Source: Iphione sp. A-MEVVRFRX5 (Eukaryota). From it: a DNA stretch of 64,000 nucleotides. Both the position numbers and the translations under genes were made by a program. This document shows, in pieces, positions 27,040 to 41,275 of the stretch; position 1 is the stretch's first letter; each line of letters opens with the position of its first letter. Location of the stretch: the NCBI GenBank assembly GCA_976226885.1, contig OZ320320.1:37386001-37450000 (forward strand). Reading direction: 5' to 3'. The notes beneath the pieces are model-generated. The model was not told the origin of the DNA. It did not search any database and worked only from the letters and a program-made list of their open reading frames with translations.

Positions 27040-30000
27040 GAGAGGCGAAGGAGTGAGAGTCAAAAAGACAAATACGCAAGGTCACACACTCATCTACACA
27101 CAATAACATATGCACACATCCTAGACAGGAAGAAAGATGGCAGATAAAGATGTCGTCCAACAGCCAGATTTAAAACAACAAAGTAACACATTCAAGGGAA
27201 AATGGTCCATATATATGAACGCATAGATGCACGGAAGCTGCAACTCGTTACGGAAACAAATTCCAGTCACATGATATTGACATATATTCAAATAGACTCA
27301 GACATGCTTTAGGGTAGTAACAAGTAACCGGACATACATACAAGCAGAGAAATTAACGGACAGATAAACGGATAGGCCCTCACTAGGCCTACGGTTTTCC
27401 ACATTGTGAAGCCAAGCGGAGATGTTCCGCGCTTTCTGTGGAGGTCAATAGAAACTGACCGCAGCTTGTGGCTCCTCCTATTGGCAACGGTCGGACCGCC
27501 GAATCCCGCCGGTATTTGGAGCCCTTTCAATGCCGTTCCGCGTGACTGAGCTGCTCGATTCGACTCATTGGGTAGCCGCCCCAGACCGCCTTTCCAGCCG
27601 CTTCTATACCGGACTTAATAAGGTTCAGGTGAACTGAATCGGCTGCTGCTTGCAGACAAAGCTACGGCTGCTGACATGCGGAAGATGAGGGTAGGACGAG
27701 CTAGTGACTACGGGTTTAAAGACACATTATGGAAAAGACTGGCATATCTAGCCCCCTGGGAGGTGGTCGATGGAGGGAGACAGCTTGACCAGGTCATGGC
27801 GGTGTGAAAGGTTTGGCGTAAGATTAAGGATGGAAGGGAGAGACAGCCAAGGGGGCAAGCGGGACAAGGTAAGCAGTCAAAGGTAAGACCTCAGGCTATA
27901 AGCGTTCAAATAGCATATTATACGGAGAGGTTCATCAGTGAAAGTGAACCAGAAGGAGCCGTTTAGGGTACAGGGTGGTGGGTTGGTTCGTCGGAAAGGG
28001 TGTAGGAGTAGCAGATAAAGAGAGTACGGAACACCAATCAAGGGAACCTGGCGATAGGTCGCGAGAGCGGTCAATATAATCAAGGGTATTCACCGACGGA
28101 CTGCATAGGCTACTGCTGAAAGGGACTAGCTGGAGGTAGGATACAAGAGGAATGCAGGAGGGCTGGGGGAGAAGGGGAAGTCTGGAATTGGTCCAGAGCC
28201 CAGTGAAAAGAATCCAAGTAGTCGACAGGGAAGCCGGCCGGAAAAAAAATATTTCCCAAAGAGGAAAAAAGTCCTAATCTTTCCAATCCCGGACCGCCGA
28301 ACCTGTGTCGTAGGCTGGCGGTGGCTGATGGAAGAGGCTTCTGTGGGCTATCCCCGGACAAACCTTTGGATATTGAATACCTTAGCCTCGAGGGGACGGG
28401 GGGGGAGTTGGCGGACAATCAGGGGCTTCTGGAGAAGCGGAAGGAGGAGGCGATCAAGGGTCTTGGAGGGACGTGGGCGGTAGCTCGGAGCAAAGGATGG
28501 GAACGGCTTTGGAGGAAGCATACTTCGGCTTACTATTGTTTAATGCTCTAAGGAAGCACACATGGACGTGTGCACAAATACACTGAATATATACGTGTTT
28601 CACAGCATCGTGACTTTCAAATGGGAGAGTGTTGGGCAGTTTGAAGGCCAACTCCTCCAACTCCTCTCCCCCACCTCCACACACAGGGCTTCCTTGGAAA
28701 TCGTTTGTTTTGTTGTTGTTGTTTTTCACAAAACTGTACCTTTACCAAAATTTACCTGCTATGAAAAATGTATCTTTCGAGACCTACATACATGTATTAC
28801 ACATTTAACATGGATACGATTATATATAATTCTCAGCCTGATTGTAAAATACGTATTATCGCAGCAGGGCTGATTATATCAATGTTTTGCTATGTTTCAC
28901 GCAGCTGCGTCCCGCTTGGATATCAGCAAAAGTCCCTGGAGTTATGCGGATTAGATTTGATGTGATAGAATTTCTGCATCACATTACGAAATTAACCTGC
29001 TGGATCTATATACCTGACAAGTAAGACAGGTTCTGTTGATGTAAGACACGTCTCTGTTGATGATGCAGGCGAAGTAACTCGTACACTTTTCCTGATGCCA
29101 GCCAACGTTTCAACACTTAGCTAGGCTATTGGGGCATGTAGAGCTTTGATGTATCAATAAAACTCCGTATACATAAATGACTTGAAAGCAATGGGTTTTA
29201 AGGATTTCCTGAGGGCATACATTTCCCTAATGGTTTCATATGATGATGTCCAAAAAGGAAAAGCGATTGAGTCCATCTGTTCTGTTTGTAAAAAGCATTT
29301 TAAGTCTCGTGTGTATTCCATTCAATGTCACATAATGCCACAATACGTTCAAGCCCTGCCATACTTGATTTCACTGTACATACACCAGTCTGTCAAGCCC
29401 GCACTCCCCAGTACAAAGAAAATGTCTGAAAGTGATGGAAGCATATTGCTGTACTTCCCGAATGCTGAATGACATGTTAGGACGGAGAATGGCCGACTGC
29501 CCATCTCGTCCGAGTAAATCAAAGAGCTAACTGATTAACAAATGGGACTCATCCTCTGATCCTATTTCCCTCCAATCAAGGATAGATTTAGGTGTACCTT
29601 TCAACACGCACTGCCAAACTTTGTCCCTTTCTGACACTCGGAACTGAAATCAGTCAAATCATTCCTCACTACACGCAGTGAATTTGGCATAGAGGGCTAG
29701 CTCTTATGACACCTCCTTTCCATGAACAATAGGAAAGGTGTAGTTTCAAGATGTTGGCATGAAAATATGTGATTATTGATTGTTCATATTTAGTGTTTCG
29801 AGAAAAACTTACTTAAATGAGAACATATTGTCTACTCCTTAGAAGGATTTTCCTGTCATCCATTGGAAGAAATATTTCATTCCGACTAAAGATTATAAAT
29901 TTGTCTAAGGCACGGCGCTGCCTTATTTTGCAATGTAAGCATTAACTTTCGTGTGGTACGTGCTGACACTTTATATTGATAACCGCCCTGGAAAATTTCA

Positions 30001-31680
30001 ATCTATATCCGGGACTATTTTTAGTACGTGGGTGAGTTCTGGCATAGTCAATGCTGATTTATTACGTCTGGCTGGCGAGGCTCTGATCAGTAGTCTCCCT
30101 CCAAGAACCTGATATGACTATTTATCTTTATTCTACGTCGGCGGAAGTGAATTTCCAGCGGTTCCCCCCGGCGGGCCGAGAGGGCGGGACGGGCAGCGCT
30201 AGTGCCGCGTCAAAAGGCAGTTCCCAATCTAAAGTGAAGAGTGACTGGATCGCCCCGTCCGAGCCCTTAATACACATCATCCAAAGCTCTTGGATTAGTC
30301 ACAAAAACGACAACCAACAGTTGCTGAGGGTCGCGCGGGTCAGGTTTCAATTTACTGAGCGCAGCCGGTGATTCCTGTTACCAATTGCTCTAGAGATGAG
30401 TTGGGCTTGAGATTGAGGGACAGCAAGAAAGGAAGAGGGTCTGGTAAGCCTAGCGAGTCGAAAGAGCTTGAAGTAAAAGGAAGAAGTCGTGCTAGGCGTC
30501 TGTGGTGCTGAGGCGAAGAACCATCGAAAACTACACAGATGTTGACAGGAGATGGCAAAGGTGGGTGGACTGTGGGAGAAGGGTAGCAAAGTAGCAAAGA
30601 GAGTACTTCAGATGGTAGATGAACGAACTCGTCTGTTCGACAAAAAGAACTACTTTAAGGAGTGAGAATATGTAGTAGATAAAAGTAGAGTTGCGAAGTA
30701 CATTCATGTTAAAGATGGCCATTTACACGCACTCTACGAAGTAGATGTTGATAACTAGAAGATAGGTGAATCAGTTAAATTTAATATTAATATTAGTGCC
30801 ACTTGAATGTTAACCGATAGCGTTTGGTTCAAAAGCAGGTATCTATTCATAGAATTCGTAGGCAAAACTACTTTTGTCTATTGTTGTTAGTGAGCAACAT
30901 GTGAAAATCATCTTGTTAGATGATTGTGTTTGACTCAATAAAAATATTTTTGTTTTTTTTAAGTTTACTTAACCTGGCTACATTTGCCAGGCACGTCAGC
31001 TTCTATGTACATCAAGGTTGTCTAATAAAATTATAAATGACTTCCCCAAAATATCAGTATGTCTAATAATAGATACCATGCTTTACCTCCTTGTACTAGA
31101 TATCTTATGCAATTAGGCTTAATACAATACCATTTGAAGGCTTCATTACACTATGGGAGGCTAGTTCTAAGGAGTATGTTGTTAGTAGATATTATGAATT
31201 TGATAGAATCCTTTGACACGATTTGTATTTTGATCCTGGTGTGTTTTCTAATTTTCCAGGTATAATGAGAATAAGACCTATTATTAAATTTTTATTTTAT
31301 GTTATATTATATTTGAAGTTCAATTTGAAGTACTAAAGACTGATTTTAAAATGCATGTTATTTTCCTAAATAGAGGCGTGCGCCCTATAGTGGTTATCCG
31401 TCCATAGTTAAGAGTCAACCTGGCACTTTAAAGCTAGTGCCTCTATGAGATACACCCGTCCCTGCCTGTGAAATCTGCCGAACTCAGAGGCCAACGAAAG
31501 AGGAACTGGGATACCCCCCCAAAACGCATGCAAAAAACTTAATTATTTCGGTGAAAATTAGTTTTTCTTAAGTTGCCCGTTAACATTTGGTATCGTTGCT
31601 TCTTTGATCTCTACAGGGCCTTTCAGGTAAGTCGCATCCTTCATCCTGACCCCAAGACACATATACATGCATTTACTTAC

Positions 31681-32202
31681 TAATTTCCGCCACAGAATGG
31701 CAAAGAACCGCCTGGATAGGCTTTCTGTAGATCTGTGGTCATTTGTAGGTAAGTAAATCAATGGACAAAGTGAGGTGTGCCATGTTCTCGCTTTGGAGGG
31801 ATAGTGGTGCGTTAAACGCGTTTGGGTTAACGGCGTCGCGTCCGGCGAGTAACATCCGTATGTTTTCCGCCTTTGCAGGAGCAGCTCAGCCTGACGGGAC
31901 GGCGATCGACTGTATGACCCTGAGCCGCTCCAGTCGTCCTCCAGAGGAAAACAGAACCATCCGTCACTGAGGGAGGTTCCCGGGAGAAGGGATGGGAATG
32001 GGAAGGGGGTGTTTCGAGGAGGGAAGGTATCGGTGATCAGAGAGCCAGGAAGAAGGCGGGAGGTTGGAGCGTGTGCGTTGGTGGCGGGGAGCGAGGGGGG
32101 CGGGCGAGCCACGCGGGGGCAGTGTGGTTGGAATGTATTCTGACTGAGAGGCCGAGGAGGAACGAAGGAGTCAATGCGAGCTGTTGAGAGGGACCAAGCC
32201 AT
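31681..32202 (-). CDS. Possible coding first exon (174 codons, Pro/Ser-rich, MAWSLS...RRFFAILWRKL) or a long 5' UTR exon
   Basis: ATG at 32202 just downstream of CCAAT (32249-32253) and a GC box (32261-32268). The frame is open to a TTA|GTAAGT donor at 31680 (phase 0). No recognisable domain, and C-rich sequence makes long open frames likely by chance. Confidence 0.22.
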
Positions 32203-32300
32203 GGGAACTGGACTGAATGGCCAGCGATCAAACGGCGAGGGCTTCAATCCAATAGGACGCCCCCGCCTCCTAACACACAGACCACCAAGAAAAATAGCAG
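31780..32300 (-). promoter_or_regulatory. CpG-rich promoter-like island
   Basis: High CpG, CCAAT 32249 and GC box 32261, followed on the minus strand by a C/T-rich tract and a GTAAGT donor at 31680. Confidence 0.45.
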
Positions 32301-33541
32301 AAACTATGCTCTGTTATGGTACAGAGAAACGCACAAAGGAGCGGTCGGTGAGCTAACAGGGAGGGATAGAATCTGTCTAAAGAGGAGCGGGGCCCTTGGG
32401 GGGGTGGTATCGCTTGGCAGCCTTGAGTGGAAAATCCGTCTACTTCTGAGCTGTTTATGTACATGTGTGCATTCACCCATTTTAGGTGTCTATGCAACTG
32501 AATTCTTGACAGCCACTGCATACGTTGGCACTGCAGGTATACATGGAGCTATGCCACTTCAGTGGTCAGTTCATTTAGGTCATTACCCAACGGGAGCTTG
32601 CCAGCCGAGTAATACCTTATTCATGACATGGCGTTTCTTTTGAAATAGCGGCACAGCAGAGTGCAATTTTTTTCCCAGATGGTATGGTTCTCTCTTAAGG
32701 TAATGGATTCTTCTTGAAGGAAGTACAACAGGATGGTCGTCTTTGGGATATAAATTGTGGATATCTATTTTTTACGCTGGGGAGCAAATACATATAAGGT
32801 GGCTGAATACAGCAGAAGACTGGACGGGGTGCGTTATGACATTCTCACAAGGAAGTCCCACTACACACACAGTAAAATAAACTCACATGCAAAGTTAAAC
32901 ACACAACGGTATTCATGCATACAAAGTTACACAACAAACATCCCATACCACTGTTTTGTGTTTAAAGCGGAATGATCATCCCTAATACCTACGTCGTTCC
33001 CATCAAGTTTAGGCTCTTGGGAGCTAAAGGAGAGTTTATTAGACTACTGTGCTGAAGGCGAGAGGGAATTTCTTTGAACATCATTATACAGAAATTTGAT
33101 TTCTTAATTACATGTAATACGAAGGCGGCTGCAATTTCATCAGGGCTACAGTGCTAATGTCCAAAGCAGGGTTCCGCAAACAGTCGTACTTTTAGCGTAA
33201 CTGAATTTTCGAATGGCCAGTCTATTGGCTAATATTGACACGTGAAAGACACATATTTAAAAATATCGGATCTAATATGGAAGCAATTTCTTGAGTCTCA
33301 TGTGGTACTTAATTAATCTTAGATGCATGTAGAGAGTTTGCCGTTGATTAATGGGATCTGGAAATCGAGAGACATTGAAATACAAAAAAACATTGTTCTA
33401 TTAGTCATACATTACACAGCTGTTAAACTCTCCAGACAAAGTTGATGTTGCAATACGACAAATATTCCAAATGACAGACATATTTGGTAATCACTTCGAT
33501 ATGCATGAGAGACACCGAGTGAAAGAGAGAACAGGAAAGAG

Positions 33542-33544
<3 letters not shown>

Positions 33545-33600
<56 letters not shown>
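33545..33600 (+). repeat. (GA)28 microsatellite
   Basis: Direct read. Confidence 0.95.
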
Positions 33601-33604
<4 letters not shown>

Positions 33605-36600
33605 GAAAAACAGGGAGAGAGACCTAAAAATACGTATCATTTGTTTCTATTGATGTATGTGAATAAATTCCACATGTGATTATACAGGCAACATTAGTCC
33701 CATCTCATTATAGTCGGTTACCGCTTGTTATATTCGTAACAAATAGCCGCCTCCGTTTGACGGATAAGCCAAAGAAACAGAAGACGGTGGAAGAAGGGGA
33801 AGACGGAATGGTAATGATAATCAACGGCGTCCAATAAGAAAACTGCAATACGTATTGCAAACAAGTTAGGGTGTTTGGACACAACTCAGTGTCAAAGTTA
33901 GGGGCAGAGAGGCGGGGAAATTCTGGTAGACAGGCTCACTCGGACGTACCATTATGTCTCGCACGGCTTCTGAACATTATCCAATTTGTGTGTGATACAT
34001 TAACGTGGGGCGAGGTACACAGCTTTGCTTTACATGCCACGCAGGAGTCTAATGGACCTGGAATTCCTAATAACCAAGACTGCGCTTGCTAATTACAGGC
34101 AATGGCCAACATGGAAGTGAGGGAACGTGTGTGTAGGGGGTGGGGTGGGGAGGCATCGTACAGAGAACTCTGACAGGGTACGCGAGGCATCCATGGAAAC
34201 AGATCCGTCCAGAGCCCTATGCGAACAAAAAACAACATACTCATGTCCGGTAGAGCCTTTAGAAAGTTGAATTTAAATGATGTCCTTTCTAGTGGGTGAA
34301 TTATACTTATCATCAGGGACGCATTGCCTTCGGGCTCATGGGTTTTCACGGGAACACTTTTAGTGGTAAATCATTACCCTTTCTTAGTATCCATTTGTCT
34401 AGATAACTACAGCGCACTGCCGGGCTGTCTGGACTAATTATCTGATAGAAGCAGTAGGAAAAAAAGCCAGCCTACTGTCATTACCGGAGCCTAATTATTA
34501 TACATATGTGTCGCCGTGCGTATTTCTATTGTTGATAGGAAGAGCCCTATTGGGTAATGCACAGATCAATAAAACAGCGGTACTCGTAGAAATTATATCA
34601 GCAGCGGATGTAGGTCGTGTATTAGCGACGATGGGGCCTGTCTCGGCGGGCGGTGAGCGAGAGTGGCGCGCCGCCTCTTAGTGGGTTTTTGTGCCATGCT
34701 GTGTCATGAAACATCCCAAATAGCGTGACGAAATAGGTAAGAAAGAAAAAGATTTGCAACAGACAGACAGGCGTAATCGTACACAAAACATCTGCTACCG
34801 ATCGGCTTGTTCTGAAAGCAGCCTGTCTTCATCTGGCACGAGCAGCAATCCCCCCCCCGCCCATCCCCACCGCGTTTCCTACCTTTGTTGTTTTCTATCG
34901 GTAAGCCTGACTTCGCTGTTTGTTTTCATTTTCTGTTGTTGAAACCAGTAGCTTCCATTATACTGAGATTTATATGTGCTTGTATGTGTGTGAGTGTTGC
35001 TGTATAGCGTATCGGACCTTATATTAGACAAAATGTATCACAGTTCATGATTTTGCTAATTGAGCATCTGTGTGCCACGTTCGGTTTCCTTTAGTTCCCA
35101 ATGGCAGCTATAATTGTCTTTAATGTAACAGAACTCTACAATAGGGCATATGTTAGCATTTGTCTATTTCTATGAATCTGAGTTTCGGAGCTGTGCAAGA
35201 GGGCTTTCTATTTTTACCTATCATAAAGATTAGTCTTAGCGGGATTGGCTGATGCTGCTGTCCTGCACGTTTTTACGTGCTGTACAGTTTAACGAGTGTA
35301 TCCGCCTGAAAAAAAAACTCATTATAAATATGTTTTTTTGCTCGATAAATGTACCTATTCCGGGGATGTCTTCATTTGATCAATAAGTGGATTTAGTAGT
35401 TATTTTCATGGCGTAAAATACATGATTTGCACATATGGACCTGGCTTTCCCATGGAAACAGGAAAATGTAATGAATGAGCAGGTTGTTGTCGACCGGTGT
35501 ATTTACGTGAACAGCTCACTGTTGCTGCTGTCCTACAAACCCATTAACTTGCCCTATATAATTGTCTGTGACTGAAATCAGAGCAGTGCATCAGAGTAGG
35601 TATCATTACACTAAATAAGAAAGGCAAAACTATCTATAGCTGCGTACAGGTGTAATATTCAATATGATCAGGACAGGTTTTATTGTTGATAGTTTTCTTC
35701 AATAACGAAAAATCGCATCATAGAAGGAATGGAAAAGCCAAAAAGTCGTGGATGCAGATCAAGTAAAACTGGTTGTAGTTCGGAAATAAGATCACAAGGA
35801 CTGCATTAAACCCTCGAAGCAGCGGTTAGCGGACAAATATAGAACGGGAGACTTTTATGGAAGGACATTTTGCCATTCACAACATTTTAAGGATGACACT
35901 GTTCACAAGGTTATTGGATGGTGTTCGCACAACGTTTTAAATGCCAGATCAAGTGGTCCGAGGCATACTTCTTGTCAATGCCCATCCCAATGGATTGAGC
36001 TGTTCCTCATACGAACAAACAGCACTTGAGCTGTTCAGATTTACTCGCCACACTAAGGTGATGGGCACCGGGCGACAATGCGCTGTTTGCTGAGGTAATG
36101 AGAAAACACAGAGCAAAGATCGTGATGTCAAGGCTATCAGCCAATAAGTCCCATCCAGCCCTTATTGCTATAGGCTGTCATGCGTGTCAACCAAATATCC
36201 ATAGCTGCCCTGCACGTTAATACTAATGTTTAGATTTACAAAGCTAAAGCATTCCTCACCGGCATGGATGTGCCTGGATAAAAACGGGACAACGTGGTTT
36301 TATTTGGCCGATTTTAACTGTCCATACGGAAATTGAAGGGGGAGAGCAAACGTATGATCGATTACTTGATCGAACAAGTCACCGTTTATTCAGATTAATT
36401 TAAGAATCATCTAATATTATAGCACTTGCCCTTTGCCATTTCATCTAAGGACTGCTATGCATGAGGCATTAAAACAATGTTGTGATTGATATCTCTTTGG
36501 GCATCCTTCCAATCGTATCGAGAAGAAGCTCATCCATCCATTCACTTTGTGGAGTATCAAAGCTTGAATTGCAGGAACTAGGAAAGGACTTTAACGAAGT

Positions 36601-36939
36601 TATTCCCTCGCTATATGCCATTACCAAGGACCCGATACCACGTCACGCAGATTTGATAACGAAAGACCGTTCCTGTTCAGCCACGTAATACTTCCTTACG
36701 CGCCCTTTCAAATACCTTTATTTCCTGGATGCAATCCTGTAGAGATGGACGAGCGGACACAATGCTCAACGCCTGAGGATCCTGGAGTCCTTATCTGCTG
36801 CCCCCCACCTCCCACCTCCCACACTCTCCTATAGTGTCCGTCCGCCCTCGGCGTCAAGCCCGCTCTCCCCACCACTCATCCGAGCGATGACCTCGGCCCG
36901 TTTTGATTGCCTTTCAAAACAGGATGCATAGAGGTAGTG

Positions 36940-36953
36940 CTGCCCCCTGGTCG
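36940..36953 (-). promoter_or_regulatory. CTCF-like core motif CGACCAGGGGGCAG
   Basis: 13/14 match to the core consensus, inside a CpG-rich block. Confidence 0.35.
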
Positions 36954-38819
36954 TCGGCCGAAGAACGACATTAGCGTCCGGGACCATACATCTCGCCAGG
37001 TGGAGCTGTTCATTAAAGCGACACCGTGCGGACGGAGTACCGCTTGCATTTCCGGCTTCCGGGAGAGGGCGGGGGTGAAGGAGTTGGTTGGTCTGTGGGT
37101 TGGTATGTTGGTGAGTTTATTACGCACCTATCCCCCAGAGAGTTGGCAATGTGAGTGGTAATTTCATGTTGGAGTTGAGAACGAGTCTAGCAATGTTTGC
37201 GTGTGCCTGCCCCGCGTTGACTGGTGTTTGCATGTGTGAGGGAGACCAGGGGTCTGTCTGTATGAATCGGCTAATGGTTGGGTGTGTTGTTCGCTGGTAA
37301 TCAGAATCAGTGGCCATGCGAGTGTGATTTTTACCCCGTATGACTGTCTGTAAATGTGTGTATACTTCCCTGACTGCAATCTTTGGTGTTCGGGACAGAA
37401 CTGAAATGTGCGCCTATGTGAGCATGTGGTTTGTATGTGTGTCTGTGCGTGCGGCTGTCGTACCGTAGCCGGGGCAAGAATGATGTATTAACAGCGGCCT
37501 AGAGGGCTTAGGGGGAATCATCTTGGAGCACGCCACTGGAGCAGCAGTGGTGTCCACGGCAACCAGCCCGCCTCCGAGGCATGGAGGAGAAGTCGGTACC
37601 ATGGCCCCTGAACCTCGCCTGTCACAATGCGGGATACTGCTGGGCCAAACTGCTGGTTCATTCCGAACCACCACGTGTACTGTTATCACTAAATCTAATC
37701 CAAATTAGCTATTGTGGTGTGGTCAGCTGGTAATATGAAAATAGGGAATGACATTGGTTCGGTTTAGTATTTGTTTTGCTTCTGACGAGGTCACAGGACA
37801 ATACTGATACAAATCGATATTTGCAGCTGTATAGGTGGGGAAATAACTTCCCCCGGAGCAATCTTTCTGTATATCAGATTGTGAGCAAATATGAATGTGT
37901 CATCGATGGGTTGGGAACTTTTTCCTTTACTGTTCTTGATTGTCTGTTCTTCGCGCAGCTTCAACTGAAGAGACCACATGTTCTCAGCGCAGCCTCGGGA
38001 AAGTGATTTTTGTATTTGTTGGATTCCCATTATTCATCAGTACATTGGTGAGCGTACGGCATCTGAAACTCCTTGTTGTGCTGTATTTCACTGCAGTTCA
38101 CTTGCTAAGTGGAATAGTTTAGGCCTAGGGCCGGATGGACTTCCCTTTCCTTCTCATCTATGTTAGGAAATGGATCTATGACGACCACCGTTTCTTAATG
38201 ATCGGTTAATCCTGTTGCTGTTTGTCTTCAACTAGATAGGTATTTACTTGTCGATCGATTTCCATATTTACCATTCCCATTCTGTTGTTTTATATAAATC
38301 ATGTACATTTAATACTTTCTGGAGACTGGTAAATCTCCCTCCAGAGATCTCTTTGACTAGAACAGCAAGCCTATAACCCTCCTATTCAAGCATCTCTCAT
38401 GATCAACTCAGCTGTCTGAGTCCCTTCAAAGACCACAGTCACTGTAGAAACCCCGTGTACTCCACCATCCACGCGGTAGTAACTCTCACGTCATCACTAC
38501 ATTATCACGTACATGGGGGCATTCTCTGTGCTACATCCTTAGAAAGGTACGAGAATACTCAAACTTTCTTTACCGTTAAATAAATGCCTTGTTAGGGAAA
38601 CTCTAAGGATCCGTTTATCAGTCTTTCATAAGCACGGCTTTTCTAGCGTCCGTAGGTTAGTTTCAGTATGGTCTATATATTTATTCGTCCTTTCTTGACC
38701 TAAAGTAGTACTGCTGTCCTCGATGAACTTGCCGTATTGACCATCCCATCGCCAACTACGCCTGCAGAAAACAAACCCAGGCCTTTCTGTCTTACTATTG
38801 GGTAATATTAGATTGTATC

Positions 38820-39100
38820 ACGGAATCGGCTCACGGTCCGACACAGCTGCTCCACCATCAACATACTCGCCGACATGGTGGATGGCCCTGGATTCTCCAG
38901 TGACTCGGTGACCTCATGCTAACCCCACATCTGCCGCGTCTAGCCCACACCATCAGCGATACCTCGTCGGCCTAGCGGTCGACTGGACAAATGTTTCCTA
39001 TCGCCGTCCATTGACGTCGCCATTTTTTGATGTGACAACGACAGCCCCTCTGGCCCCTGTCACCTCCTTCCTGCACTCTCCCGCCCACCTGCCCTACTAA
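38820..39100 (-). promoter_or_regulatory. CpG-rich promoter-like element with YY1-like motif and candidate first exon
   Basis: AAAATGGCGAC on the minus strand (39016-39026), a Kozak-like TCCACC-ATG at 38876, and a donor ACC|GTGAGC at 38834. Confidence 0.35.
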
Positions 39101-39134
39101 AAAGGTAATGGTGCTTCGATACGCTTCCCCCCAA

Positions 39135-39137
<3 letters not shown>

Positions 39138-39187
<50 letters not shown>
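39138..39187 (+). repeat. Compound (TC)20(AC)5 microsatellite
   Basis: Direct read. Confidence 0.95.
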
Positions 39188-39913
39188 TCCAAACATTACA
39201 CCAATGTCTAAGCCCTATCTGTATCTTGAAACTGGAGGACATTGGAGTGGGGTTGCAAAATGGGTCCAATGGTCTTCCAAAAGACCATGACAATCCACCA
39301 CTTACATTCCATCCTTCAGGACCATCCCTTAGCGACCTTCTCTTCACCTCCCCACCCTACCCTACCACCCACCGAGCGGCCACCTTGTCCTTCAAGCCCG
39401 CGACCGCTCGGCCGATTCCGGATCAATTCACTGTGAAGATCATCAACGTCCGATGAGCGGGCAATCCATTTCGGCGCCGTGCCCTGCTGCCTAACTCAGC
39501 TCCCTCCACCACCTCTCATCCTCTCCCCTCACTCCCTTGTACCACACCTCCACTTCGCCCCCTCCCTCCGACCATCGATCGGTCAATGTTATACCGCCTC
39601 CTAGCGGGCGATGGAGTTAACATGCGTCGGCCTTGATTTGCTAACCTTGGCGTTGGTGGCTGCCGGTGGTGGTGGTGGTCGCTGGTGGTGGTCGCTGGTG
39701 GTGCCGGTCATTCGTGGACTCTGACAACAAGGGCAGCAGCTGATAGGGGCACTTTGCCTCTTGGTAACAACGCAATCGTAGATAAAAGAAAAGCCGAACT
39801 GGCCAACAGACAACCAATGACCCCTGGGAGGAGGCAAACTGGGGCCTGCCGCATGCGTGGGATAAGCAATGTGGGAGCTTGGACAGACGGTATGAACTAG
39901 TTGGAAGAATAGC

Positions 39914-40217
39914 AATCTGGGGACTGTTGACTACAGACTGATGCTGCCTAATTCTATAGGATTCCGGGGGTTGTTGACCATAGAGTGGTGTGGTACACTG
40001 ACTAGTAGTATAGGAATCTGGGGTTGTTCACCACAGAGTGAAGTGGTAAACTGCCCAGTAGTATAGGCGTTTTTCGCCTTAGCGTGATGTGGCGAAATGT
40101 CTAGTAGTACAGGAATTTAGAGTTGTTGATCATAAAATGATGCTAAGAACTGCTTAGTAGCAGAGAAATCAGGGGTTTGTTGACTACGGAGCGATGGCTG
40201 CACCTCTTAGTAGTATG
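39914..40217 (+). repeat. Degenerate ~53-bp minisatellite, about 6 units
   Basis: Recurring aatc(t)ggggttgttgac(c/t)a(c/t)aga...ctagtagta(t/c)agg units starting near 39914, 39961, 40015, 40068 (truncated), 40114 and 40166. Confidence 0.8.
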
Positions 40218-41275
40218 GCGATATGGGATACGTAGCAGGCTACGAGTGAGTGCAGGACGGGTCAATGGTTGGGACAATTCCTTCATGTGAAGCAGGCGTT
40301 AATGAATAGTGATTTCACAGATCGATAGTATGAGGACGCTAAAGAAACTCTAACTAGTAGGCATTATATCCTCTGGCAGCAAAGTGCCATGTTATCCCGT
40401 TGATTATTATATCCGATCCCTGTCAAAATTACGGATGCAATTGTTTATGACTAGCACTGCCCGTTCTTAATATAAGTTGACTTATTAGTTGGGTCATAAA
40501 CCTTTCAGTGACTGAAATGAGGTTCTGTGTGTTTGTGCGTTTACGTTCGGTTGCACCTTTTGGTGCTAATTCCTGGGTACCCCACCTATGGTAGAATAAC
40601 GAAGTTCCGCAGTCAAATATTTAAAACGTTTTAGAAGGAGATCGTGATAGAATATTTCGATGAAGACCTTGTTCCCAGACAGTGCAACTAGGAGGGGAAC
40701 AATGCTTTGCCTGGCACATTGCTTTACCGTCTTGTCCACCGAGCGGCCAACGTGAAGGTCACTGCCAGAGGCAGAGAGACCATTTCTTTACTACTTTTGG
40801 CCCGGCTCCAATTGGCTTAATATTGTAGGGCCCGCCACCCTATACTCCCCTGAGGATCTATCCTCCACCACCACTACGACCACTGGTGCGTTTCACAGCC
40901 ACCTCCCATTCCGAAGTCATACCTCCCTTCCTCCTGCCTTATGCTATTTAGACTACATAAGGGCATGACCGACTCGGGGTCTTTTCGCGGTGACCGCGGC
41001 GATCCCTGGTGATAGTAGACCGAAACTAAAAGCAGGAAAAAGAGTAGATGTCATGCACAGCCGAGAGAGAAGGGCTGCTCATCGTAAGGCTAGGCAGGCT
41101 TATCGAGTACAGAGGTACTTATAATAGGTACATTGCACCATACGGGAAGGTAATGGTTGCGTAAATATGTCGATTATATGGAGTCGTTGACACGAAAGTA
41201 TATTCCACAGGTTATATAACTGAACTGAGTTGTCAAATACACATCTGCTTACATATGATATAATAATTATGGGTA

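Noticed and set aside
29747-29760. CAAGATGTTGGCAT, a 14-nt match to the miR-31 body
   Set aside because: The seed positions differ (TTT instead of AGG) and no hairpin was seen; a match of this length is plausible by chance across many miRNAs.
30495-30513. RE1/REST-like TCAGCACCACAGAC on the minus strand
   Set aside because: The right half-site (GGACAGCGCC) is degenerate, so it is not a canonical RE1.
37962-38048. Plus-strand exon-like segment encoding GKVIFVFVGFPLFISTL, similar to a K2P channel helix
   Set aside because: No pore-loop (GYG) context, and opposite to the apparent transcription direction.
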